NCBI GenBank assembly: GCA_015055745.1
Contig: SVHS01000001.1
Coordinates: 139,085 to 203,084 of the forward strand
DNA: 64,000 nucleotides
Source: Clostridiales bacterium
Lineage (GTDB): Bacteria; Bacillota; Clostridia; Christensenellales; UBA1242
Reading direction: 5' to 3'
Part shown: positions 55,701 to 63,808 of the stretch, piece after piece
How the letters are laid out: each line of letters begins with the position of its first letter
How positions within the stretch are numbered: position 1 is the first letter of the stretch
Translations under genes and position numbers: made by a program
Notes under the pieces: generated by a model
The model's database searches: none
What the model saw: the letters and a program-made list of their open reading frames with translations, nothing else
Told to the model about the DNA's origin: nothing

Positions 55701-58700
55701 TATACTACTATCAATGGTGTTCCTTATTATATAGAGTATCTAGAAGTACAAGGTGGTACAGATCCAGATAATGCTCCTAGTATCCATAGTTCTGCTAATG
55801 TGACCAATTTGGTGACATTGGGCTATTATTATAGTCTAGTGGGTGAGATATATGTATCTAATGCGGCTGATGGTAATAGCAGTGGCTTCACTTTCACTAT
55901 CGACGGTACGGCATTCAATTATGAGTACGAAAATGGTACTACAGAGTACGTGTACTATGGTAGAAACTGGTATGAGAGCGGTGGTGGACCATTGTACCTA
56001 AGATGGAAATACGGCAAGTGGACTAATTGGTCAAGCTACGCTCACCCTACAGGAAACTGGATGGACGCTACTAGTGATTTGATCACTGAGTGGTCTGATG
56101 CAGACAGTGCAGAAGGTGGCTTCGCTGTAGAGATCCCTTATACTATAAAAGAAAATATTTACATTCTATGGCTCCCAGAGCATTATACTTGGAGCGCATG
56201 GGACGTGACTGGTATCAGTGACGAAGGTTATAGCTTGTTAGGTGTGTCCCCTGGAGAAACCGTGTATAGAGGTGGTACTATCTATGTGCCTGCTTACTCT
56301 ACCGAGAGAGGTGAGTTCCCAGAAGGGCAAGGTCATATTGCTTCCGAAGCATTTAGCTGCTTCAGCGAAATAGAAAATATATACATCGAAGAAGGTTTCG
56401 TGTCTATCGGTGACGAAGTGAATAGCTCTTTTCTTCACAAGATATCATTCCCTAGCACTATGAAGACCTTTGGTTCTTATGTAGTCACACGTACAAATTG
56501 TATAGAGTTTAGAGGCACAGGTCTCACTGCAGATGGCTACTCTATAGGTGGACCATTGGCGGAATATACAGGTAGTTCTAATGGTTCTTCATATCCACTA
56601 GTGGCTCTATTCGAAGACCACGCTAGTGCAGAGGCTCTAGGAGAATTTATAGCTAACAAGTGCTCTACAGGTGCGATAATCGCTCACCCTATCGATGTGG
56701 TATTCCATCACAGCGATGGCACTACAGAGACTATCACTACTGTCACGTTTGACGGTGCAATAAATGAGAATAATGATATACGGAGAAGATATATTGATTT
56801 AGGTAGAGACTACGACTACAGCTATAGCAGCAGTGGTGTAATGTTTGAGCTTCCTACTGAAGTAAGTGGCAAAGAGTGGGATCTATCAGCTTATGGCAAC
56901 TACACTGGCGATGAAGCTGGTATGAACCTTGGCGAATACTTGTATCACGCTAGTAGCAGTGGGCATACAGGTGACGAGCTACATATCTACGCTTTACCTG
57001 ATTACGATCTATACCTCCCAGAGCACTTCACTTACAGTGGAGCTACTCTCACAGGTATCAGTGACGCAGGTAAGGCAATCCTTACAGCTAAAGGCTCAGG
57101 CGCAGTAGTCTCTATCCCTAGCGCCAATGCCGACGGTGTGACTACTACGACTATCGGTGGTAGCGCATTCAAGAGCCAGACTGCTATCGGTGAAGTCATT
57201 ATCCCAGAGGGTATTACTTCCATTGGTACATATTTGTTCCAAAAATGTACAGGTTTGACTAGTGTAGAGATCCCATCTAGTATTACTACTATTCCAAACT
57301 ATATGTTCAATGGTTGTACTGCTTTGACTAATTACTCTATACCTTCACATATTACATCTATTGGATGGAGTGCATTCAGTGGCTGTACATCATTAGCAAG
57401 TATTACAATCCCATCTAGTGTGACTAATATTGGATTGAGTGCATTTAATGGTTGTGCATCATTAACAAGTATTACAATCCCATCTAGTGTGACATCTATC
57501 GGTACATATGTATTCCAGGGTTGTACAAGTTTGACTAGTGCTAATTTACAATATAAGGCGACTTCTATTTCAGACGGTATGTTTGACAAATGTGGTGCAT
57601 TGACAAGTGTGACTATACCATCTAGCATTACATCTATTGGTCAATATGCATTCAGAAATTGTTCATCATTAACCAATATTACAATCCCATCTAGTGTGAC
57701 ATCTATCGGTACATATGCATTCCAAGGTTGTACAAGTTTGGCTAGTGCTAATTTACAATGCAAAGCTACTTATATTCCAGAATATATGTTTGATGGCTGT
57801 ACTGCATTGACTGATGTGACTATGCAATCTAGCATTACATCTATTAATGCTTATGCATTCCAAGGTTGTACATCATTAACAAGTATTACGATCCCATCTG
57901 GTGTAACCTCTATTAAAATTAGAGCATTTGCAAACTGTACAGCATTAACAAGTATTACGATCCCATCTAGTGTGACATCTATTGGCTTAGTTATATTCGT
58001 TTCTTGTACAAATCTAACAAATATCATAGCTGAAAATCAGACTTACTATAATACTTACAATACTAGCGGACATGCTCTTTATACTTACAGCTCAAAATTA
58101 ACATATCCGATTTCTCTAAAATATCAGTATTTAAATGGTACGACTACTACTGAGTATCATCTATACAAGAGAGCTATCGGCTGGACAAAGGGTAATGATG
58201 GCAAGTGGGCTCTTAATAGTAGCTATGCATTACCTACTTTGTCATCAGGTTTGTGGTTATGTAATGGAGAAATCATATCTACTACAAGTCAGTTGAATAC
58301 ATTATTTACATCAGGTACAATCACTGAAGATATTGTCTTAACTGAGGCTTCAGCTGACCTATATCTTCCAGAGCACTTTACTTACGATGGCGCTACTATT
58401 ACAGGTATCTCTGACGCAGGGCAAGCTATAGTTGACGCAAAATCAACATATGCAATGATTATACCTAGAGTCAATACTTCTGGCACTAAAGTTACAGCGA
58501 TTGCTGGTTCAGCATTTAAAGACGATACTAAACTTTCAAGTGTATTTATTACCAATACTATTATTAGTACAGGAGCGTATTGCTTTAAGGGTTGTACATC
58601 TTTGACTCATGTAGATATAGCTCCAAGCATTGGGTCTTTAGGAAATGATTGCTTTGATGGTTCTGGTCTAACATCTATGAATTACTTGGGTACATTTGCT

Positions 58701-61700
58701 CAATGGCTAGATATTATTTTCAACGTTGGAGCTTCTCCGACATATCAAACTAAAAAATTAACTATCCAAGGTGTAGATATTGTAGGAAATGTAGTAATAC
58801 CTGATGGGGCAACAAAAGTAGCAGGTTTAAGCAATTGTACAGGTATTACAAGCATTACAATATCTAGCTCAGTCACTACTATTAGTGGTTATGCATTAGA
58901 TGGTTGTACAGGTATCACGTCTATTAATATTCCAGAAGGAGTGACAGTGATAGGTACTGCAGCATTCTTAGATTGTAGTAATCTTCAGAGTGTAATTATT
59001 CCAAGCACTATTGAAGCTGGTGGAATAAATCAAAGAGCATTTAGTGGATGTACTTCTCTCGCATCTATGAATTACTTGGGTACATTAGCTCAATGGTGTG
59101 AAATCATTGGAGACACTAATACTTATACAACTAACCCTACTTACTACACAAAGAAATTAACTATTAATGGAGAGGACATTGTTGGAGATATTGCTATTCC
59201 TAATACGGTAGCAAGTATCAGTGATTACACTTTCTATAATTGCTTAGGTATTACAAGTGTTGCTATACCTAGCAGTGTGACTACATTTGGTTACGCTGTC
59301 TTCACAGGCTGCTCAGACTTGACTACAATCATCGCTGAGACCAAAGATCTATACACTACTTACACTACTAGTGGTCATGCATTGTATTCATATGCTAGCA
59401 AGCTCACTTACCCAGTGACTGTAAACTTCAATCATGCAGACGGTAGCGTCACTACTGAGTATCACTTATACAATAGAGACGCTGGCTGGGTGAAGAATAG
59501 CGATGGCACTTGGTCATACAATAGCTCATATGCTCTTCCTACTGAGGTCGGTCCATGGACAGACGCAGATGGCAACGAAGTAGACGTGGCTAAGCTTACT
59601 GAGATGCTTGCAGTGAGTGGTGTGACCGTCATCGAGCTATCTTCTGTCAAGGCTATCGAGACAGTGCCTACAGTGAGTGGTACATACACTTACTCAGGCT
59701 CTACTCAGACTCCTACATGGAGCAATTATGATAGTACACAATTGACTATCGGCGGCACATATAGTGCTATCAATGCTGGCACTTATACAGCTACATTCAC
59801 TCCAAAAGATGGCTATCAGTGGTCAGACGGTACTACTACAGCTAAATCAGTGCAGTGGACTATCGCTAAGGCAAATATCACTCCAGTAGTAAGTATGGCA
59901 GGCTATGCTTATGCTGGTACAGTGTCTACACCATCTATCAGTGGAAATACTGGTAATGGCGCAGTGACATATTATTACAACACTACAAATAGCACTACAG
60001 GCGGTACAGAGTGGAAGAATATCACATCTACTACTCTAAATGCTGGTAAGTACTATATCTACGCAGTAGTAGCTGAGTCAGACAATTATAATGGTGCTAC
60101 TACAGCGACAGTATCATTCACAGTAAGTGAAGGTACTATCGACTATACAGCTACAGGTGTAAATGCTACTTATGATGATACAAATACACCTTATAGCATC
60201 ACAGTAAATACTACTACTAATGGCGCAGTGATCACTTATAGTACTAGTGCAAGTGGTACTTATAGTGCTACTAATCCTACATATACAGATGCAGGTACTT
60301 ACACTACATACTTCAAGATTACAGCAGCTAACTATACTACAATAGAAGGCAGTGAGACTGTGACTATAGCAAAATGTACTGGCACTTTGACATTCGAGAG
60401 TGACACAGTGACATATGACGGCTCTACTCACAGCATTACAGCTGCAGGACATGGTGGTACTATATATTACGCTACTAGCGAAACTGGCGCTTACACTACT
60501 ACAGCTCCTACATTCACAGTGGCTGGTACACATACTGTATGGGCAAAACTAGTAGGTGATAAAAACCACACAGACGTAGCAGCAAAGAGCGCTACACTCA
60601 CTATCAATGCTTATACATTGACTAGTGGCATGATCACTCTTGGTACTACATCATACACATATGATGGTACAGCTAAGACTCCTAGTGTCACAGTGACATT
60701 CAATAGTAATGCATTGACTCTTGATACAGATTACACAGTATCATACAGTGCCAATACAAATGTAGGCACAGCAAAAGTGACTATCTCTGGTAAAGGAAAC
60801 TTTACTGGCAGTGTAGAAAAGTCATTTACTATCTCAAAAGCTACTCTAGCTACTCCTGTAGTCGCAGACCTAGAGGTAGATGGTTGGGATAGTCTAGCTA
60901 CAGCTAAATGGTCAGCTATCAGTGGTATCGGTAATGCAAATGTGACATATACAGTCGTATTGTACAGAGGTACTACAGCTATATCTACCAAGACTGGCTT
61001 GACAGCTACTACATATGACTTCTCTACAGAGGTAAGGGCACAGGCAAATAGCTATTACTTTACAGTACAGGCTATCAGCTCAGATACAAACAATGTAAAT
61101 AGTGGTACTGCAGCAGAAAGTTCAAAATTGTACTCTACGGCTATCTCTACTAGTGGAGATAACGGTATCGCAAGTGCCGAGATTAATGGTGCTACTAGCT
61201 ACATCATGATCGCAGGTGAGAGTAATATCAGTATCGAAGCAGTATTAAATAGCGGATATTCATTCGGTGGTTGGGTCAGCGGACATGCTAGTCTCACAGT
61301 ATCTGCTACTGATAACTTAGCTACTACAGTAGCTCTAAGTAGGACTACTACTCAGACATCTATTACATTACAGGCAAGCACTGGTGTAGTAAATAAGATC
61401 ATCACTATCAATACTTCTAATACTTTAGCTGGTAATACTCAAAAGGTAATGGTATACGATAGTACTGGTACAAACCTAATAGGTGAGTATACTTCTACAT
61501 TTGAGATATTCTCAGGTGAGAGCTATGTCATCAAGGCATACTCTACATTGGTGTCTGACGATACAAATTATATCTACCAGACATTGACTGTATCAGGCGG
61601 CACTACAGAATTGAACGCAAGCTCTCCTACAGATACTGTACTAGAGGGCGTGGTATATACAGGCGTAGTAAACACAAATATGACTATCACATTTGCATAT

Positions 61701-62612
61701 ACTACTCGCGCTATGAATACTATTACTATTGAGACTACTGGTACAAATGGCAATACATACAATGTAATGGCACAAGGTATCACTACTCCTAGCGGTACTA
61801 CATCATTTAAAGTAATCTCAGGTGAGACATACGCTATCAAGTTTACAGCTGATATCATCTCTAGTGGTAATGCTACTCAGATTTTGAATGTCTACATTGA
61901 CGGCACATTATCTGATAACTGGAAAAATATTACTGCTAGCGTGACAAATAGGACCATTGTTGCTTCATCTGTTATCACAGCAGATAAGACTATCAAGCTA
62001 GAGTATGTCTCAGCATATACGACAGAGGTAGAGGTGCCTACTACAGATATCACAGGAGCTACAGTATCAAATACTGGTGCTACTACAAATAGCAGTGGTG
62101 CACACGTAGTCCCAGACGAGTCAGGTAATCTAGAATTGACTATAGATACTACTCCTAGCTCACAGACTACAGAAAAGACTTACGTATTCTTAGGCTTCAC
62201 TTATACTATAGATGGTCAAACATATAATGCAGGATATCAAGGTGACGAAAACATCAGTACTCCTACATTCAATCAGAATACTCAGTATGATGATTGGACA
62301 GGTGAATACACATATACAGTAGATTCTTCAGTAGAGAAGATTACAGTAAACGTCACTGAATATATATCTGTGGCATTAGATGCAGATGCATGGAGTGATT
62401 CTGGTGTAAGTCAATTGACATTCGCATCATCTGACGGTAGAAGTAAGACAGTAGAGTTTGGTGCTACTACTATAGGCTTATACTCAGGCGATTGGACTAT
62501 ATCTACAGTAGCTGGCGAATCTATCGATATCGATAATTTGTCTGCTCTATTGCCTGCTGAATATACAGTGGAAGATAATGGAGATGGTACATTCGCTTTG
62601 ACTATCTCTTAA
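52785..62612 (+). CDS. giant modular surface protein (3275 aa): signal anchor, GLUG-motif domain, Pmp-like beta-helix, four LYLPEH-delimited modules with BspA-type leucine-rich repeats, Ig/MBG-like repeats, beta-rich C-terminal region
   Basis: Single uninterrupted ORF with SD AAGGAG. YVGGLIG/YVAGLVG/VVGGLVG (GLUG), repeated GGG/GTGG beta-helix turns, 23-aa IPSSVTSIGxxAFxGCTSLTS repeats, and YTYDGTAKTPSVTV-type repeats. Confidence 0.9.
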   Translation: MGKLTKKSTKIAVRSCLAFFLVAMLVLSGVGIYAFFHKKEDGATPENPLAWSIDAWDGKTVSAADFVSDFGGRGDKTITIDSAESFVYFVEEVNKGVDYAGHTIYLNSNIDLGGYRIDSIGNEDHPFRGTFDGGYYTIYNASIKGNGLFGHTERAVIKNIGLYGCTIKGAGEYVGGLIGTAVNTDVYDSFVRLGSVKGENYVAGLVGKVVSTNSVHHYISQSFADTALEGEVVGGLVGELYSNDSTYSKLNMSYSYFTGAEKAIAKAEEKYYSADKIIASPRSSAEFVFWDTYDAEYKNGDTWCDYSFRAYSDELDFRFPILSRFNKVYNTGSYYENVLVVDGEAQDSASLSDAITTADSSASSEIRLLVDKVYLEERAEIENTTLTISAVKNTTIVRGESNEDSLIVSKGTSTLILGDESNKELILDGNSDYVESKDISSGALVVATGHDFVMNKNVTIQNNINNMTDYGGGLLVYDLDVDDVTIRGTVQHCQGKNGGGVAVIMPKATIQMKILNNIGTGLYLDTKMDAPAEQTFSSLYGTPRVARPMADAPGLSASGNYTLSDGTTVDDNDYTYGTGGVYCSGNLTFFPDSKGISVSGNRSHYGTGGISAKYIDLDPEVEMFYAGSSWIHIDNNVTTGGSSSADCVAAIYSNSSISLHNVLFSISGNTYGESSSSPYYNRSGAIVYCGESLGLKGFTMGGENSLIQNNYVYQSGENAFNGCVSAIYANSGIGRLETIDISNNVVGGNCDGGSYSAATMFEIGSETFGQVTVCDITLSENSCLPYSSYADFYIPQQGAIVDGGIMNSTTRFSVYKAGVMPTTCVDGGDTDPDSASTIANIDTSSYDWWSDCLITLVSENGYTAQPIRTKGTNYILAVDSSGGGGSGGSSSGGNQYELYLPEHYTYADGVLTGVSDAGFAYMNEQLGTSYSSLSDCYSETLDIYIPNISGVNTISEFLSSVYNADHVIIESNYTTINGVPYYIEYLEVQGGTDPDNAPSIHSSANVTNLVTLGYYYSLVGEIYVSNAADGNSSGFTFTIDGTAFNYEYENGTTEYVYYGRNWYESGGGPLYLRWKYGKWTNWSSYAHPTGNWMDATSDLITEWSDADSAEGGFAVEIPYTIKENIYILWLPEHYTWSAWDVTGISDEGYSLLGVSPGETVYRGGTIYVPAYSTERGEFPEGQGHIASEAFSCFSEIENIYIEEGFVSIGDEVNSSFLHKISFPSTMKTFGSYVVTRTNCIEFRGTGLTADGYSIGGPLAEYTGSSNGSSYPLVALFEDHASAEALGEFIANKCSTGAIIAHPIDVVFHHSDGTTETITTVTFDGAINENNDIRRRYIDLGRDYDYSYSSSGVMFELPTEVSGKEWDLSAYGNYTGDEAGMNLGEYLYHASSSGHTGDELHIYALPDYDLYLPEHFTYSGATLTGISDAGKAILTAKGSGAVVSIPSANADGVTTTTIGGSAFKSQTAIGEVIIPEGITSIGTYLFQKCTGLTSVEIPSSITTIPNYMFNGCTALTNYSIPSHITSIGWSAFSGCTSLASITIPSSVTNIGLSAFNGCASLTSITIPSSVTSIGTYVFQGCTSLTSANLQYKATSISDGMFDKCGALTSVTIPSSITSIGQYAFRNCSSLTNITIPSSVTSIGTYAFQGCTSLASANLQCKATYIPEYMFDGCTALTDVTMQSSITSINAYAFQGCTSLTSITIPSGVTSIKIRAFANCTALTSITIPSSVTSIGLVIFVSCTNLTNIIAENQTYYNTYNTSGHALYTYSSKLTYPISLKYQYLNGTTTTEYHLYKRAIGWTKGNDGKWALNSSYALPTLSSGLWLCNGEIISTTSQLNTLFTSGTITEDIVLTEASADLYLPEHFTYDGATITGISDAGQAIVDAKSTYAMIIPRVNTSGTKVTAIAGSAFKDDTKLSSVFITNTIISTGAYCFKGCTSLTHVDIAPSIGSLGNDCFDGSGLTSMNYLGTFAQWLDIIFNVGASPTYQTKKLTIQGVDIVGNVVIPDGATKVAGLSNCTGITSITISSSVTTISGYALDGCTGITSINIPEGVTVIGTAAFLDCSNLQSVIIPSTIEAGGINQRAFSGCTSLASMNYLGTLAQWCEIIGDTNTYTTNPTYYTKKLTINGEDIVGDIAIPNTVASISDYTFYNCLGITSVAIPSSVTTFGYAVFTGCSDLTTIIAETKDLYTTYTTSGHALYSYASKLTYPVTVNFNHADGSVTTEYHLYNRDAGWVKNSDGTWSYNSSYALPTEVGPWTDADGNEVDVAKLTEMLAVSGVTVIELSSVKAIETVPTVSGTYTYSGSTQTPTWSNYDSTQLTIGGTYSAINAGTYTATFTPKDGYQWSDGTTTAKSVQWTIAKANITPVVSMAGYAYAGTVSTPSISGNTGNGAVTYYYNTTNSTTGGTEWKNITSTTLNAGKYYIYAVVAESDNYNGATTATVSFTVSEGTIDYTATGVNATYDDTNTPYSITVNTTTNGAVITYSTSASGTYSATNPTYTDAGTYTTYFKITAANYTTIEGSETVTIAKCTGTLTFESDTVTYDGSTHSITAAGHGGTIYYATSETGAYTTTAPTFTVAGTHTVWAKLVGDKNHTDVAAKSATLTINAYTLTSGMITLGTTSYTYDGTAKTPSVTVTFNSNALTLDTDYTVSYSANTNVGTAKVTISGKGNFTGSVEKSFTISKATLATPVVADLEVDGWDSLATAKWSAISGIGNANVTYTVVLYRGTTAISTKTGLTATTYDFSTEVRAQANSYYFTVQAISSDTNNVNSGTAAESSKLYSTAISTSGDNGIASAEINGATSYIMIAGESNISIEAVLNSGYSFGGWVSGHASLTVSATDNLATTVALSRTTTQTSITLQASTGVVNKIITINTSNTLAGNTQKVMVYDSTGTNLIGEYTSTFEIFSGESYVIKAYSTLVSDDTNYIYQTLTVSGGTTELNASSPTDTVLEGVVYTGVVNTNMTITFAYTTRAMNTITIETTGTNGNTYNVMAQGITTPSGTTSFKVISGETYAIKFTADIISSGNATQILNVYIDGTLSDNWKNITASVTNRTIVASSVITADKTIKLEYVSAYTTEVEVPTTDITGATVSNTGATTNSSGAHVVPDESGNLELTIDTTPSSQTTEKTYVFLGFTYTIDGQTYNAGYQGDENISTPTFNQNTQYDDWTGEYTYTVDSSVEKITVNVTEYISVALDADAWSDSGVSQLTFASSDGRSKTVEFGATTIGLYSGDWTISTVAGESIDIDNLSALLPAEYTVEDNGDGTFALTIS
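57181..58035 (+). repeat. in-frame 69-bp (23-aa) BspA-type LRR array, about 12 units, containing a near-identical 207-bp (3-unit) duplication
   Basis: The ITIPSSVTSIGTYAFQGCTSLTS consensus is read repeatedly. 57457-57663 versus 57664-57870 is highly similar at the nucleotide level. Confidence 0.9.
58520..59340 (+). repeat. second, more degenerate LRR block of the giant protein
   Basis: ITSITISSSVTTISGYALDGCTGITSINIPEGVTVIGTAAFLDCSNLQS etc., interrupted twice by MNYLGT(F/L)AQW segments. Confidence 0.8.
59670..60850 (+). repeat. about five tandem 75-90-aa Ig-like/MBG-type repeats
   Basis: The pattern (Y/T)xYxG...TP...(V/I)T(Y/F)...AGTYT...(I/V)xKA recurs five times. Confidence 0.7.
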
Positions 62613-62616
62613 TTAA

Positions 62617-62647
62617 GAAAAAGAAGGACTAATGTCCTTCTTTTTTA
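62617..62647. terminator. bidirectional terminator (giant gene / rubrerythrin 2)
   Basis: AGAAGGAC-TAAT-GTCCTTCT flanked by an A-run and a T-run. Confidence 0.8.
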
Positions 62648-63235
62648 ATTTATACTGAAGTCTATCCTAAAATATCCTTGTCCCATATGGCATAGAGGAC
62701 ATATCTTAGGAGCGCATTTATCTTTTACTATAGTGCCACATTCATCACACTTGAAAGCATGATCGCCATCATTGCATTTATATAAGCAGTTTGAGGTGAG
62801 GCTATCGTGTAGATGACGAAGAGTCCTTTCATGTGTTCGTTCAACCTTTGATATCATATCAAATAGCTCTGCCACATCTTTGTAGCCTTCATCTCTTGCA
62901 ATGTCAGCAAATTTCGGATAGATAGACTCGGCACTCATGTGTTCGTTGTCTGCTTCGTTTTGCAGTACTTGTACCAATTCACCACTTTTAAAAGGATAGC
63001 CAGCAGTGATCTCGATATTTTGAGTTTCGTTTTCACCATATTTTACTATCATGTTAAAAAACTGCTGTGCATGAGCCATCTCGTTGTGGGCCAATGTCCT
63101 TATGAGCATACTCATGTACTGATAACCTTCTTTTTGTGCCATTTTTGCCAAAAATTGATATCTAGCACCTTCTTGACATTCAGCGGCGAATGAACGAGCT
63201 AGATTTTCTTTTGTCTTGCTTTCTTGAAAATTCAT
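62645..63235 (-). CDS. rubrerythrin-family protein (second paralogue)
   Basis: ORF track 62645..63247. ATG 63235 follows GGAGGG. Ferritin-like ExxH motifs (HNEMAHAQQF, KVERTHERTL) and C-terminal CDECG...CPLC. Confidence 0.85.
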   Translation of the reverse strand: MNFQESKTKENLARSFAAECQEGARYQFLAKMAQKEGYQYMSMLIRTLAHNEMAHAQQFFNMIVKYGENETQNIEITAGYPFKSGELVQVLQNEADNEHMSAESIYPKFADIARDEGYKDVAELFDMISKVERTHERTLRHLHDSLTSNCLYKCNDGDHAFKCDECGTIVKDKCAPKICPLCHMGQGYFRIDFSIN

Positions 63236-63310
63236 AATACCCTCCACACATATTTCTTGCCAGATTTTTGTTTTTGATACAATGATGGGACATTAAATTT
63301 AAGAAGATTT

Positions 63311-63350
63311 CATAAATTTTCATAAATTTTAATAAATTTTCAGAAAATTC
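63311..63350. repeat. four tandem 10-bp units (CATAAATTTT x2, AATAAATTTT, CAGAAAATTC) immediately upstream of the tRNA-Ala -35 box
   Basis: Read directly; exact 10-bp register. Confidence 0.85.
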
Positions 63351-63351
63351 A

Positions 63352-63380
63352 TTGACAAATCATTTTGTATTTGATATTAT
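63352..63380 (+). promoter_or_regulatory. sigma-A-type promoter of tRNA-Ala
   Basis: TTGACA (63352-57), 17 nt, TATTAT (63375-80). Confidence 0.6.
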
Positions 63381-63402
63381 ACATATGCATTGCGAATGAC
63401 AT

Positions 63403-63479
63403 GGGGGATTAGCTCAGTTGGCTAGAGCGCCTGCCTTGCAAGCAGGAGGTCATCGGTTCGAGCCCGATATTCTCCACCA
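63403..63479 (+). tRNA. tRNA-Ala (UGC)
   Basis: Acceptor GGGGGAT/ATTCTCC with G3:U70, anticodon loop CTTGCAA, T loop TTCGAGC, encoded CCA. Confidence 0.9.
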
Positions 63480-63615
63480 TGAGGTTGGAGATATTCTCTG
63501 TGAGTGATTTACACTAGGAGATATTTCCACCATGCGCATGCGCATTTTTAGATGCGGAGTAGACTCTTTATCCTGGTGCGACGACAGTATACACAGTCTA
63601 TCATATAATTAACGA

Positions 63616-63692
63616 AGAGATGTAGCTCAGCAGGTTAGAGCACCACCCTGATAAGGTGGGGGTCGATGGTTCGAGTCCATTCATCTCTACCA
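63616..63692 (+). tRNA. tRNA-Ile (GAU)
   Basis: Acceptor AGAGATG/CATCTCT, D stem GCTC/GAGC, anticodon loop CTGATAA, T loop TTCGAGT, encoded CCA. Confidence 0.9.
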
Positions 63693-63716
63693 AGTGACCG
63701 TGAGGTCATTTTTTTG
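63693..63716 (+). terminator. rho-independent terminator after tRNA-Ile
   Basis: TGACC-GTGA-GGTCA plus T7 run. Confidence 0.6.
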
Positions 63717-63808
63717 TTTGATATTCACATTGTTTCTTGCTTTAGAATATTATGTTGTAGGACTGGGAATTAAGCGAATTAGTTTCATGTCCAATCTAAG
63801 GAGAAAAT

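Noticed and set aside
57181-58035. Regularly spaced 69-bp repeats that superficially resemble a CRISPR array
   Set aside because: The repeats are in frame within a 9.8-kb ORF and encode a 23-aa leucine-rich-repeat consensus. There are no unique spacers, no leader and no cas genes.
60114-60533. 139-aa Cys/Ser-rich antisense ORF inside the giant gene (similar cases: 47046..47351 Ser-rich, 57332..57628, 61574..61858)
   Set aside because: These are the antisense reading of ACT/ACA/GCT-rich (Thr/Ala) or GAT/GAA-rich codon runs. They have no SD or promoter and are fully nested in strongly supported long ORFs.
63403-63692. Expectation of an rRNA operon around tRNA-Ala(UGC)/tRNA-Ile(GAU)
   Set aside because: The flanks are a rubrerythrin gene, a promoter and a protein-coding gene. 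No 16S 3' end (anti-SD CCTCCT region) or 23S/5S-like sequence is present, and the tRNAs have their own promoter and terminator.
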